A stretch of 64,000 bases of DNA, from positions 15,734 through 79,733 of the IMG/VR virus record IMGVR_UViG_3300032265_003789; one strand, given 5' to 3'. The DNA is from a virus. Shown here one piece after another: positions 54,552 through 64,000 of the stretch. Below the pieces are notes generated by a model. The model had not been told where the DNA came from. It did not search any database and worked only from the letters and a program-made list of their open reading frames with translations. Each line of letters begins with the position of its first letter. The stretch's first letter is position 1. The translations under genes and the position numbers were made by a program.

Positions 54552-56736
54552 AACAGTACTCCATCGTAACGGAACAATCACGCAATTCGACATCACCAAA
54601 ATCAGACAAGTAGTGGAGTGGGCTTGCGATGGTTTGACCAATCCACTAGAGCTTGAATCTCTTTTTAGTGCTAAACAAGAAAATCAAATCACTACTATTA
54701 AAATCCAGGGGGATTTAATAGCACACGCGCTAGAGCTAACCACTCCACAAGAGGCTAAATGGCGCTATGTTGCCGGCAGATTACTAATTTGGGACTTATG
54801 GAAAACCATCAGAGCCAACAGGTTTTATGACCAAGGCGACGTATACAATACCAGCGCTAAAGCCATACGCTCCAAGCTTGCCAAAGGTATTTACAATCAA
54901 GAGCTTTTGCAAGTTTACACCTTAGAAGAAATTGAACTTGCCACCAATTGGATTGCCCCGGATTTGGACAAAGATTACGATTATGCCGGTGCAAAACTGC
55001 TAACTACTCGCTACTTAATAAAAGACGAATTACCCCAAGAATGTTTTTTGGTTAGCTCTCTTTTACTAGCAGCTAAACATGAAGGGGATAAGTTAGCTTT
55101 TGCTAAGGAAGTTTACCAGCTAATTGCTCTAAGAAAAATCTCTTTAGCTACACCAATGTTGGCTAATTTGAGACTGCCAAACCCATCAGTAACTAGCTGC
55201 TTTATTTTGGATACTGAGGATAATTTAGAGCATATTAGCCAAACTTGGGCGCAGGCTGCATCCATATCCAAGCGTGGCGGTGGGATAGGAATCAGATTAA
55301 GCAAAATCAGAGCTTCAGGCGCTACAGTTGCTGGCAGAGCTAACAGCTCTGGTGGGGTTGTACCTTGGGTAAAAATTCTTAACGATATTGCCCAGGCAGT
55401 CAACCAAGGTGGCAAAAGAGCAGGCGCGGTTACGGTAGCTTTAGATATTTGGCACCTAGATGTGCCAGCTTTTCTGGAGATGCAATCCGAGCACGGAGAC
55501 CAAAGGCTCAAGGCTTTTGATATCTTCCCTCAGCTAGTAATCCCCGATGCGTTCATGAACCGGGTGCGCTCTAATTCAAATTGGTACTTAGTAGATCCTT
55601 TTGAGGTCAAGCAAAAGCTTAATCTAGATTTGCCACAGATTTGGGGTGATGATTTCACCTCAGCTTACACCTTGGTAGAAAAAGCAATTGCAGATGGAGA
55701 AATCACACTTTACAAGGAGGTAAATGCCAAGGATTTGTTCAAACAGATCATGCGCACTCAGATAGAAACTGGACTGCCCTATTTGGCTTTTAAAGACACA
55801 ATAAACCGCGCCAATCCCAATCAACACGCTGGGCTAATTCCCTGTGTCAATCTTTGCACAGAAAGCTTTAGCAACGTCTCTGCAACCGAGGCTCATTGTT
55901 GCGATTTAATCAGCCTCAATCTTGCCAATATAGCTGATAGTGAACTGGAAAGAATTACTGGCATTTGCGTAGAGCTTCTAGACAATAGCTTAGAGCTTGG
56001 CAATCCCCCAATAGATATAGCCCAGTATCATCACAGCAAATACAGAGTATTGGGTTTAGGTGCTATGGGACTGGCTGATTGGCTAGCAATACGTCGTTAT
56101 TCTTACAAGGATAATCAACAGGAAATACAAGATTTGTTCAGGTCAATTTTGTATAGTGCCACTAAAGCTTCTGTTAAATTAGCCAAGCTCAGAGGTGCAT
56201 ATCCTGCTTACAAAGGCTCACTCTGGAGCAAAGGACTTGTTAATGGCAAATCAGTTAATTGGTATAAAAATAAAGCTAAATCCCTAGAGGAAAAAGCTAA
56301 GTGGGAAAGACTATTTGAAGAGCTTGAATTGGTTGGCATCAGAAACAGCCAGCTTTTGGCAATAGCTCCCAATACTAGTAGTAGTTTAATTCAAGGATGC
56401 ACAGCTTCAATTTTGCCAGTGTATAGCAAGTTTTTCTACGATAAAGCCAAAGGTTCAGCGCCAATTGCACCTCCATTTTATGACCAAGCGCTTTGGTATT
56501 ATGAAGAAAATTCACAATTAGACCAAAAGGTAATAGTAAAAACCGTGGCAAATATTCAGCAATATATCGATACTGGAATCTCTATGGAGTTGCTTTTCAA
56601 CCTCAATAAAGTTGATGCCAAGCACATTTTTGAGACGCTATTTCTTGCTTGGGAATTTGGAATAAAAGCCGTATATTATGTGCGGACAATTCAAAAAGAT
56701 GACTTTACCCCAGATTGTAGTTTTTGTGCAAATTAA
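54544..56736 (+). CDS. nrdA: Ribonucleotide reductase class Ia alpha subunit with ATP cone
   Basis: ATPMLAN, SCF, GGGIG, NLCTE, GLGAMG, AIAPNTSSS, KAVYY, C-terminal CSFC. Confidence 0.93.
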   Translation: MTKTVLHRNGTITQFDITKIRQVVEWACDGLTNPLELESLFSAKQENQITTIKIQGDLIAHALELTTPQEAKWRYVAGRLLIWDLWKTIRANRFYDQGDVYNTSAKAIRSKLAKGIYNQELLQVYTLEEIELATNWIAPDLDKDYDYAGAKLLTTRYLIKDELPQECFLVSSLLLAAKHEGDKLAFAKEVYQLIALRKISLATPMLANLRLPNPSVTSCFILDTEDNLEHISQTWAQAASISKRGGGIGIRLSKIRASGATVAGRANSSGGVVPWVKILNDIAQAVNQGGKRAGAVTVALDIWHLDVPAFLEMQSEHGDQRLKAFDIFPQLVIPDAFMNRVRSNSNWYLVDPFEVKQKLNLDLPQIWGDDFTSAYTLVEKAIADGEITLYKEVNAKDLFKQIMRTQIETGLPYLAFKDTINRANPNQHAGLIPCVNLCTESFSNVSATEAHCCDLISLNLANIADSELERITGICVELLDNSLELGNPPIDIAQYHHSKYRVLGLGAMGLADWLAIRRYSYKDNQQEIQDLFRSILYSATKASVKLAKLRGAYPAYKGSLWSKGLVNGKSVNWYKNKAKSLEEKAKWERLFEELELVGIRNSQLLAIAPNTSSSLIQGCTASILPVYSKFFYDKAKGSAPIAPPFYDQALWYYEENSQLDQKVIVKTVANIQQYIDTGISMELLFNLNKVDAKHIFETLFLAWEFGIKAVYYVRTIQKDDFTPDCSFCAN

Positions 56737-56747
56737 GGAGAATTAAA

Positions 56748-56924
56748 ATGGGCTGGTGGTTTTTGTTTGGAATTGGTTTGGGATGGGTAATTGGTTTTCT
56801 ATTTGGAGTTTGTTACTTAAGCTTTCGAATAGCAGGTATTAAAGACAAAACACTAAGATTGGAAATTATCTCTAATTTTGGTTCTATTGTTACAAAAGTA
56901 AATGATTATTACGAACGCAAATGA
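56748..56924 (+). CDS. Small membrane protein
   Basis: AGGAG RBS; hydrophobic N-terminal helix. Confidence 0.55.
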   Translation: MGWWFLFGIGLGWVIGFLFGVCYLSFRIAGIKDKTLRLEIISNFGSIVTKVNDYYERK

Positions 56925-57244
56925 CTTTTTTGATTTTTAGCCTAAGTGCTATTTTGTGGTTTGCTATAGGGTTTTTGTTTAAATATTACCTAGACCGCCA
57001 GCAAATACAGATATTCAACGCCTTAAAAAAAATTGACAACAGCAACGACGATGATGACCCGGAAAATGGGCAAGAATTGCTAACAATTATGCAAGACATT
57101 GTCAATAACTGCGCTGATTTACTGGAAAATGTCGAATCACTGGAGCAAAATGGCGATATCTATAATTACAAAATCCCCAGCAAATACATTACCAAGCTGG
57201 ATGAGTTGTATGCCAATTTAGATATGCTTGCAGAAGAAGATTAG
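56921..57244 (+). CDS. Acidic paralogue 1 (with N-terminal TM helix)
   Basis: NCADLLEN..YKIPSKYI. Confidence 0.65.
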   Translation: MTFLIFSLSAILWFAIGFLFKYYLDRQQIQIFNALKKIDNSNDDDDPENGQELLTIMQDIVNNCADLLENVESLEQNGDIYNYKIPSKYITKLDELYANLDMLAEED

Positions 57245-57256
57245 AGGAATAAACTT

Positions 57257-57481
57257 ATGAGTACTTTTGACAATCAATCCAAAATAAAATTAGATTCGGC
57301 TGAAGAAATTTGTGACCTTTTAGTTAATGTTTTTAACGCTTGCGGTGAATTACTGGAAAATACTGAAGTACTGGACGACGATGGATTTCCTGATGGCTAT
57401 AAAGTGCCTTCTGACTACATTGAAAACCTATTGGATTTATTTGAAGAAATGAAGAAACTACAACAAAAACATGACGTTTAA
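57257..57481 (+). CDS. Acidic paralogue 2
   Basis: ACGELLEN..YKVPSDYI. Confidence 0.65.
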   Translation: MSTFDNQSKIKLDSAEEICDLLVNVFNACGELLENTEVLDDDGFPDGYKVPSDYIENLLDLFEEMKKLQQKHDV

Positions 57482-57517
57482 TTCTATTAACCAAAAAAAT
57501 AATTAGGAGATACAACA

Positions 57518-57745
57518 ATGTTTCATTTTATCCGTACCAATCACGATGATCAATCTCAAAGAAAATTAGAATCCGATCCAAGAGTAATCTGTGAACTTTT
57601 AGGTGAAATTACTAATGCCTCTGGTAATCTCTTACGCAAAACAGGGCTATTAAAGAAAAAAGAAAATTATTCTTATTGCAAAATCCCCAGTGAATGTATT
57701 GAAGAACTATTAAATTTATTTCAACAACTGGAGGAATTAGAGTAA
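57518..57745 (+). CDS. Paralogue 3
   Basis: ASGNLLRK..CKIPSECI. Confidence 0.6.
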   Translation: MFHFIRTNHDDQSQRKLESDPRVICELLGEITNASGNLLRKTGLLKKKENYSYCKIPSECIEELLNLFQQLEELE

Positions 57746-58116
57746 TGATACTTACTGACACCATTTCTCCGGCAACTATTGCCCAGCACGATACGGAAAT
57801 TATCAATTTTTTACATTGGTTTTTGTTCAATATTGACCCGGACGATACCTATCCCAGTAAAAAATATGTACTTGTTAAGTTTGATATAATCGCTGGGCTA
57901 GAAACTCTTTTGAAAACAAGATACTGCCCAAGCCCAGAAGGACAATTGACCTTAGACGCGCTTAAATTGTATCAAGCTAATTTAATGGATTTACCTGATG
58001 ACGCTGCTTATAGTGAGCCCGGGGATAAATTACTAGAAATGGTTTATTACAAGCAAGCTAAGTCTATATGCGCAGATTTAATTAACAATCATCCCAAAAG
58101 GAGGCTGTATGTTTAA
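57745..58116 (+). CDS. Hypothetical protein
   Basis: ORF track; coupled to neighbours. Confidence 0.55.
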   Translation: MILTDTISPATIAQHDTEIINFLHWFLFNIDPDDTYPSKKYVLVKFDIIAGLETLLKTRYCPSPEGQLTLDALKLYQANLMDLPDDAAYSEPGDKLLEMVYYKQAKSICADLINNHPKRRLYV

Positions 58117-58447
58117 AAACATTCCCTTGCCAAAGCTCCCCACCATAGATCAAATCTTGCAAATTGAGATATTTTGCCAAGAAATGAAAACATATCCTAC
58201 TAGTAAAATCATTGAAACCATCCTTGAAAATCATAAATTGTATCACCAAAACTTGATGCAAATTGAGGATAAACACGCGGTATCTTATGAAAGGCAATTT
58301 AGCTTAATTGCACTAGAAAAGATTTTGCCTAGTTGCTCACAAGAATCGTTAATTGCAATGGCTAAAGACGCATTGTGGTATCAAACCACTAGCGCAAATA
58401 TGCTCAAAACTCAACAGGAAACATATGAAAAAAACGCTACTATTTAA
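58109..58447 (+). CDS. Hypothetical protein
   Basis: GGAGG RBS; ORF track. Confidence 0.55.
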   Translation: MFKNIPLPKLPTIDQILQIEIFCQEMKTYPTSKIIETILENHKLYHQNLMQIEDKHAVSYERQFSLIALEKILPSCSQESLIAMAKDALWYQTTSANMLKTQQETYEKNATI

Positions 58448-59447
58448 CCCTCAAGGCTCTAATAAAAGCCAAGTATTTGAAGGCAATACCACCGGACTTT
58501 GTCAACTTAATAATCTAAATTTCCCTTGGGCTTCTAGGCTATGGGAGCAAATGCGCTCTAATTTCTGGCAACATCAAAAGATTGACCTGAGTCAAGATAA
58601 GGTGGATTATGCCAATCTGAGCGAGGCAGAGCGTACGGCATATAACCGCACATTAGGCTTTTTAGTATTTTTAGATTCAATACAAATTAACAATATTCCC
58701 TATATAAAAACAATTATTACTGCTCCAGAAATCAGCCTATGTTTGGCAGAGCAAGCAGCACAAGAAGCTCTCCACAGCGCAAGTTATCAATATATTATTG
58801 AGTCGGTTTTACCAGCAAATGAGCGTGATTCTATCTATGAGCTCTGGAGAGATGACCCCATACTAGAGCAGCGATGCCAGTTTATTGCAGGTGCTTATCA
58901 AGACTTTATAAATACTCCCAATATTGACAATTACCTCAAAGCTTTAGTAAGCGATTACATATTAGAGGGATTGTATTTTTATTGTGGGTTTATGTTCTTT
59001 TACAGCCTTGCTAGCCGCTCTTTAATGTCTGGCACGGCAGATATTATCAAGCTGATTCACAGGGATGAACTGAGCCATATTAGGCTATACCAAGAATTAG
59101 TAAAATCCGCCATGAACGAATACCCAGAAAATGATATTTGGGATGGACAAATAGAAGCACTATTTGCAATTGCTGGCAAGAATGAAATTGACTGGAATAA
59201 TTCAATTTGTGGAGATAATATCCTAGGAATTACCAAAACCAGCACTAAGCAATATGTCGATTATTTGACCGAAATCAGGCTAAAAGCCATTGGCTATAGA
59301 ATATCGCAATACCCCAGTCACAACCCCTATCAGCACCTAGAAAGGTTTAGCGATTTGAGCAAAGAAGCTGGCACCAAAACCAATTTTTTTGAGGCAACAG
59401 TAACCAGTTATCAAACTAGCTCCACTGTATCTAATTGGGATTTTTGA
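58425..59447 (+). CDS. nrdB: Ribonucleotide reductase class Ia beta subunit
   Basis: FLVFLDSIQ, QEALHSASY, LEGLYFYCGF, IHRDELSH, NFFEATVTSY. Confidence 0.93.
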   Translation: MKKTLLFNPQGSNKSQVFEGNTTGLCQLNNLNFPWASRLWEQMRSNFWQHQKIDLSQDKVDYANLSEAERTAYNRTLGFLVFLDSIQINNIPYIKTIITAPEISLCLAEQAAQEALHSASYQYIIESVLPANERDSIYELWRDDPILEQRCQFIAGAYQDFINTPNIDNYLKALVSDYILEGLYFYCGFMFFYSLASRSLMSGTADIIKLIHRDELSHIRLYQELVKSAMNEYPENDIWDGQIEALFAIAGKNEIDWNNSICGDNILGITKTSTKQYVDYLTEIRLKAIGYRISQYPSHNPYQHLERFSDLSKEAGTKTNFFEATVTSYQTSSTVSNWDF

Positions 59448-59448
59448 T

Positions 59449-59679
59449 ATGAAAGATTTGACCTGCCGCGTTTGTAGTATTAAGCAAATTGATGGAGTAT
59501 TTATTATCTCAATAGGCAAGCCACTTACTCCAGAGCAATTAAAATACAAGGTTTGTCAATATGCCAAAAAATCAGGCTGCATCAATCCATATACTAGGGC
59601 AGTTCCTAAATTCCAAGAACAAGAACTCTCTAGAGAAATAATTGATTTGTATTCAAAAAACAATAACGAGGCAATATGA
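59449..59679 (+). CDS. Small Cys-containing hypothetical protein
   Basis: CRVC..KVCQYAKKSGCINP. Confidence 0.55.
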   Translation: MKDLTCRVCSIKQIDGVFIISIGKPLTPEQLKYKVCQYAKKSGCINPYTRAVPKFQEQELSREIIDLYSKNNNEAI

Positions 59680-59907
59680 ATAAAGATGAGCTTACTAGTT
59701 TTGTAATATTGTCAGCAATGACATTTCTAGGAGTGATTATGGGCATTTACCTACTGGATTCTCTGTTTAATTTTTGCCCAAGACAACCGTCAAATCAGCA
59801 AGTATACCAGCAACAATACTAAAGCAGTTGATTATAAAAAACACAAAACCGCCACTTAGTGCGGTTTGGGTCGGCAGTCTACGACTACCCCTAGGCCAGG
59901 CCCATTT

Positions 59908-60210
59908 TCAATATATCACTAAATCGCTGCTGCGACAGGTAAGGTCATTGCTTAATTTAACAGCGCCATAGTCTTTTAATTGGATAATAGTCAAACCGTA
60001 TTTATCCAGTATTCCCAGCTTTTGCCCATGGATAGATTCAACTATAGACCTATATAACTTAGGTAGTTCCTTGGTAGGGTTAAGCTGCTGCAATTTCTCC
60101 CCTAACCATGCAATGTGCTTAGGGTCTTTGTCTTTAAGTAACTGAGGAAGAACCTCATCAACATTAGAAATATTTAAAGTTTTTACCAGTGCATCTAGCT
60201 CAATTTTCAT
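59908..60210 (-). CDS. Hypothetical protein
   Basis: ORF track. Confidence 0.5.
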   Translation of the reverse strand: MKIELDALVKTLNISNVDEVLPQLLKDKDPKHIAWLGEKLQQLNPTKELPKLYRSIVESIHGQKLGILDKYGLTIIQLKDYGAVKLSNDLTCRSSDLVIY

Positions 60211-60227
60211 ATTTTAATGCAGCAATA

Positions 60228-60950
60228 CTAAAGCAATTCAAGCAATTTAGTGTAGACTTCAATTTGATTTGCCAACTCTTGCAATACAGCAGAATATTGT
60301 TTGGTTTGAATTGCATTTAAGATTTTTTCACTGCTAACTCTGTGGTGCAATTCAATCAAAGTATGATTTAATGAATTGTCGGTAGGCTGAATTGTTTTTT
60401 CTTGATCCCCCATTGGCTTATCATTGGTAGGTTTAATTGGTTTGCTTGAAAATGCTGCGTTTCGCACAGGAATCGTTGATTTCTTTTTGCTTTTGGTGGT
60501 ATAAGTATATTTAGAAGGTCTAGTTTGCCACGTGCCATCTGTAGGGCGCCATGAAGATTTAAGATTACGTTTGCATTCTTTATTATTACAAGGGTTAACT
60601 TCAAAGCTCTGGTATGTGGTTTGAAATGTTTTATCAACATATTGTTTAACGTGAGACACGTAAAGTTTTGCTTGATTTTTGTGTCCGCAATAACAGCATT
60701 CAACCTCGGTCGTAAAATATATTTTGTCTTTTATAAACCAATAATAGTCTTGAACACATTTATGTATTAAATTACAAGCCCTAGATATTCTTTGCCAATC
60801 AACAGCATCTTTGCCAGTTCTACGTTCTAACAAATATTTAATTCTTTCTATTGTATTGCTTATATTTGTTTTCTCTATAGTAACCTGACTAATATCAGTA
60901 ATAGCCTTACTATGACCGTTTTGAGTGCTGTTCAGTTGTGCTGTTGTCAT
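60228..60950 (-). CDS. Hypothetical Zn-binding protein
   Basis: CCYC...CNNKEC. Confidence 0.55.
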   Translation of the reverse strand: MTTAQLNSTQNGHSKAITDISQVTIEKTNISNTIERIKYLLERRTGKDAVDWQRISRACNLIHKCVQDYYWFIKDKIYFTTEVECCYCGHKNQAKLYVSHVKQYVDKTFQTTYQSFEVNPCNNKECKRNLKSSWRPTDGTWQTRPSKYTYTTKSKKKSTIPVRNAAFSSKPIKPTNDKPMGDQEKTIQPTDNSLNHTLIELHHRVSSEKILNAIQTKQYSAVLQELANQIEVYTKLLELL

Positions 60951-61003
60951 ATCAGTTTTTTGGTTGTTTTGATTAATAGTGTTAATTTTAACGCAAGCAC
61001 AAA

Positions 61004-61660
61004 TTACGCTTTTTTGGCGTATTTTTCAGCGCTGTTGAGGTCTCTTTGATGTGCCAAAACATCCCCGGCTAACAGGTGAACTTTGGCTCTGCATTGATAA
61101 AGCAAAGAGCTAGGAGCTGGCACATTTTGCAGACCATAAGTTAGCACTTGAATTGCCCTTTCGTATGCTTTCTGCCTAATAAACAAAATACCCAAAGCAT
61201 GGTAGCTTTCGTAGCGAGTAGCATCTATCCTATAGGCGTTAATAAAGCAACTTTCGGCAACCGAGTATTGTGATAATTCTTGCCAACATTGCCCCTCATT
61301 TACCCAAGAGGCAAAATGGTTCAGCTCCAGAGTCCGCACCTTTGCAAAATACTCAATAGCTAATTCGTATTGCTTAGTATCTTTATAGGAATTTGCCAGA
61401 CAAAAATAAATCTTTCCTTCTTTGGGCTCTATGTCAATAGCTGCTTGAAATAGCTTTATTGCCTCAAAGTGTTTTTCTAAAGCCGCGTAGCATAAAGCCA
61501 TATTGTAATAAATCTTCCAATCTCGCAAGTTCTTGGCAGCCGCGCATTCAAAATAGATTATGGCTTCTTGGTGATTGCCAGCAATTGCGCAAACCACGCC
61601 TGTATCAAACAGGTATTGAACGCTACGACTTCTGATTGATTGTCTAAGATCACTATCCAT
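61004..61660 (-). CDS. Tetratricopeptide-repeat protein
   Basis: About five 34-aa TPR units (IYYNMALCYAALEKHFEAIKLFQAAIDIEP). Confidence 0.85.
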   Translation of the reverse strand: MDSDLRQSIRSRSVQYLFDTGVVCAIAGNHQEAIIYFECAAAKNLRDWKIYYNMALCYAALEKHFEAIKLFQAAIDIEPKEGKIYFCLANSYKDTKQYELAIEYFAKVRTLELNHFASWVNEGQCWQELSQYSVAESCFINAYRIDATRYESYHALGILFIRQKAYERAIQVLTYGLQNVPAPSSLLYQCRAKVHLLAGDVLAHQRDLNSAEKYAKKA

Positions 61661-61741
61661 CTTTTACCTCGGTTGGGTTGATTGCTCAAAAAATAAGCTT
61701 AATACACTTATATTAAAATATAAGAAAATTTGGTTAAATAT

Positions 61742-62491
61742 ATGGTTTTGCGCAAGGGCTCAAGTGCTGGTGAAAAAAAGACAAGGCGCTCTAAAAAAGA
61801 AACTGCAATTATCACCAATTCTCTCCAGCAATCTGAAGCTTTTCCTCAAAGCAATGAATATAAGATTCTGCATCCCAAAAACGACAATCAACGCAAGTAT
61901 TTACAATCACTAATTGACAACACTATTACTATTGCCAGTGGGCCTCCAGGTACAGCTAAAACCCTATTGGCTCTCTACTACGCATTTCATCAAAGAAAAT
62001 CTGGAGCTATCGATAAAATCTATTATATAAAACCCTTTGTTGGCTCCAAATGGGAACGCGATATAGGAGCTGTTCCTGGGGAAGCTGAGGACAAATTAGC
62101 CTTTGCCATGCTAGACCCGGTCAAGCTCAATTTAACTGTGTTTATGAGCGAAGGTGAATGTCGCTACCATATCGAAAAAAAGAATATTGAACCAGTGCTT
62201 TTTGCTAATATTCGAGGGGCAAGTTATCGCAATGCAATTATCCTTTTAGATGAGGCTCAAAATGTGCCTCCAGAAGCAATCAAGACCGCGCTTACCCGAT
62301 TAGGTACAGGCAGCAAAATAGTGATTATGGGTGACCCCAAACAATCGGATATTGATATCCCTGTAAACGGTCTAAGTGATGCGGTTAAGCGTTTAGCTGG
62401 TATACCCGAAATCGGCATAGTCAACTTTACTAAAGATGACATTGTCAGGCACGGTTTGATCAAAACCATCTTGCAGCGTTATGGGGAGTAA
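61742..62491 (+). CDS. phoH: PhoH-family ATPase
   Basis: GPPGTAKT, RGASY, LDEAQN, LTRLG, GDPKQSD, DIVRH. Confidence 0.92.
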   Translation: MVLRKGSSAGEKKTRRSKKETAIITNSLQQSEAFPQSNEYKILHPKNDNQRKYLQSLIDNTITIASGPPGTAKTLLALYYAFHQRKSGAIDKIYYIKPFVGSKWERDIGAVPGEAEDKLAFAMLDPVKLNLTVFMSEGECRYHIEKKNIEPVLFANIRGASYRNAIILLDEAQNVPPEAIKTALTRLGTGSKIVIMGDPKQSDIDIPVNGLSDAVKRLAGIPEIGIVNFTKDDIVRHGLIKTILQRYGE

Positions 62492-62615
62492 ATAGCGGTT
62501 TTTGCAATTTGATATATTGATTTGGTGGATGCAAGTCCAGAGTTCCCTACCTTTTTGTCTTATTGTGAGCCTGTGGTCTGGCAACTCCCACAGGCTTTGT
62601 CTTATCAATCAAAAT

Positions 62616-62954
62616 ATGCACACCATACCTCCTACAATCGAGCTACTTAATATTGCAATCAAGAACCAAATTCAAAGGCTCAGGCAAGAATTTAAACGTG
62701 ACCCAGACAATGGCTATTTTGAGCGTCTGAGCGAAATTAACGAACGGGAATTTCCAGACCCCTACAATTCAAAAGTGAAGCTCAGCTTGGCTGAATATAT
62801 TTGCAGCTATGCTGATGTTTTCATGTTTGGATCAGAGGATCCAAAGGGGAAATATATCCCAAAAGATATGTTTATTGTTTTGACTGATGTATTGGCTTTA
62901 ATGTCTTTTGCCCCCGGTGGCGTCAAGATTTTTGGTTATCACTGGGAGAGTTGA
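62616..62954 (+). CDS. Hypothetical protein
   Basis: C-terminal LALMSFAPGGVKIFGYHW; probable start at 62616. Confidence 0.6.
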   Translation: MHTIPPTIELLNIAIKNQIQRLRQEFKRDPDNGYFERLSEINEREFPDPYNSKVKLSLAEYICSYADVFMFGSEDPKGKYIPKDMFIVLTDVLALMSFAPGGVKIFGYHWES

Positions 62955-62959
62955 GGGAA

Positions 62960-63319
62960 ATGGAAAACTCAAAACTGTTTCAACAGCAAGCATTGATTAG
63001 AGATCAAGTAATATTAATTATTAACCTTCTTGATAAATGGATAGATCATGCTTCAACCGTACGCCATTTTGGTGATGAAATTCGTGTTAATTTTTATCAC
63101 AAAAAATGTGAAATGATAAATTTTCAAGAAAATATTATTGATGAATTTAAAGATTCTAGATGGGATAATATTGAATATGTTAAAAGAACATTAAAAGATC
63201 TTGAAGAAACGAAGCGAGATTATAAACTTTACCACAGAGACATAGTGAGGTATGAGGATTACCGCAAACAAATGGAGAAAAATTACCTTAAACGAAAAAG
63301 ATGTGAGTATCGCGATTAA
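62960..63319 (+). CDS. Hypothetical protein
   Basis: ORF track; AT-rich. Confidence 0.5.
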   Translation: MENSKLFQQQALIRDQVILIINLLDKWIDHASTVRHFGDEIRVNFYHKKCEMINFQENIIDEFKDSRWDNIEYVKRTLKDLEETKRDYKLYHRDIVRYEDYRKQMEKNYLKRKRCEYRD

Positions 63320-63337
63320 CTAGGAGAATTGAGGAAA

Positions 63338-63634
63338 ATGAACAATCAAAAACTATTACGACAACAAGCATTGATTAGGGATCAGCAAGAATAGCTCTTT
63401 ACATTGTTAATAAATGTATAAATTATGCTGCAAAAAATAAATTACCAAATATGGACTTGTATTCTTATAAACTGTGGATAAAATATGTTCAAAAGGATCT
63501 TAATGGTAAAGTCAAATATTCCTTCTTGAATGATATTGAAAGAAACCAGCAAATATTAAAAAAAACTTGAACAAATCACGCAAGAATACAAAAATTACAT
63601 TGAACAAATAACAGGACGTGAGTATCGCAATTAA
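63338..63634 (+). pseudogene. Degenerate tandem paralogue of 62960-63319
   Basis: Same start (QQALIRDQ) and same 3' end (GTGAGTATCGC.ATTAACT) but with internal stops and frameshifts. Confidence 0.6.
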
Positions 63635-63637
63635 CTG

Positions 63638-63721
63638 GCAAATGTTCGGAGCTAATTGGGTAAATGTTCGGAGCTAATTGAGCAAATGTTCGGAGCTAAT
63701 TGGGCGAATATTTGAAGCTAA
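63638..63721 (+). repeat. 22-bp tandem repeat, ~3.8 copies
   Basis: AAATGTTCGGAGCTAATTG at 63640, 63662 and 63684, degenerate at 63706. Confidence 0.85.
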
Positions 63722-64000
63722 GCTACAATACAAAAGACAGAACCCGACAAGGCTATGCACTGCATCCTCAAACTGGCGGGTTACTCTTTTTTAAAATCAA
63801 CTAATTATGCTGAACGACATTATTATCGGCTGTCCTATCCAGCTAGAACCAGAAAGCATTCAAAACGATTAGCCCAATACTACAAATTTGCCTATAACAA
63901 TAAAATTATTTATAATATAACTAAAGGATGTCAAAACATAAAAGTTAAGTTTTGCAAAGGGTATAGGTTTGTCCTAACTTTAGCCTTGCTATAATACAAA

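Noticed and set aside
54544-59447. Introns or inteins in nrdA/nrdB
   Set aside because: Both ORFs are continuous, of normal length and lack intein motifs.
63638-63721. 22-bp repeats as a CRISPR mini-array
   Set aside because: Head-to-tail with no spacers.
1-64000. Alternative genetic code, tRNA genes, and the many short antisense ORFs in the track
   Set aside because: Conserved genes are full-length in code 11; no cloverleaf was noticed by eye (tRNAscan-SE not run); antisense ORFs overlap well-supported genes.

Overview
This window is a 64-kb segment of a temperate, probably siphovirus-type phage of cyanobacteria. The host inference rests on a XisA/XisC-like integrase, a DUF5895-like protein and a cyanobacterial-type thymidylate synthase fusion. 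The gene order is unusually scrambled. It carries head genes, a GTA-type baseplate, a tail tube with a -1 frameshift chaperone, and terminase genes about 39 kb from the portal on the opposite strand. It also has an integrase with excisionase and a candidate attP, a prim-pol/helicase with a symmetric TCTTCAC iteron origin, DnaN, dUTPase, thymidylate synthase, NrdAB and PhoH. The most notable feature is a phage-borne, array-less type IV-B-like CRISPR-Cas effector locus (csf1 divergent from cas11-like/csf2/csf3/cysH). It is accompanied by a Cas6 and, 19 kb away, a solo Cas4-like nuclease. Other highlights: a Septu/retron PtuA-like ATPase captured between 98-bp direct repeats with a destroyed HNH partner; a family of early promoters sharing a palindromic operator, including twin ~240-bp inverted cassettes expressing unrelated micro-proteins; a six-unit zinc-ribbon array protein; and a shared N-terminal module linking two virion proteins. 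All protein assignments come from motif recognition by eye, not database searches. No CRISPR array, tRNA or reverse transcriptase was seen.
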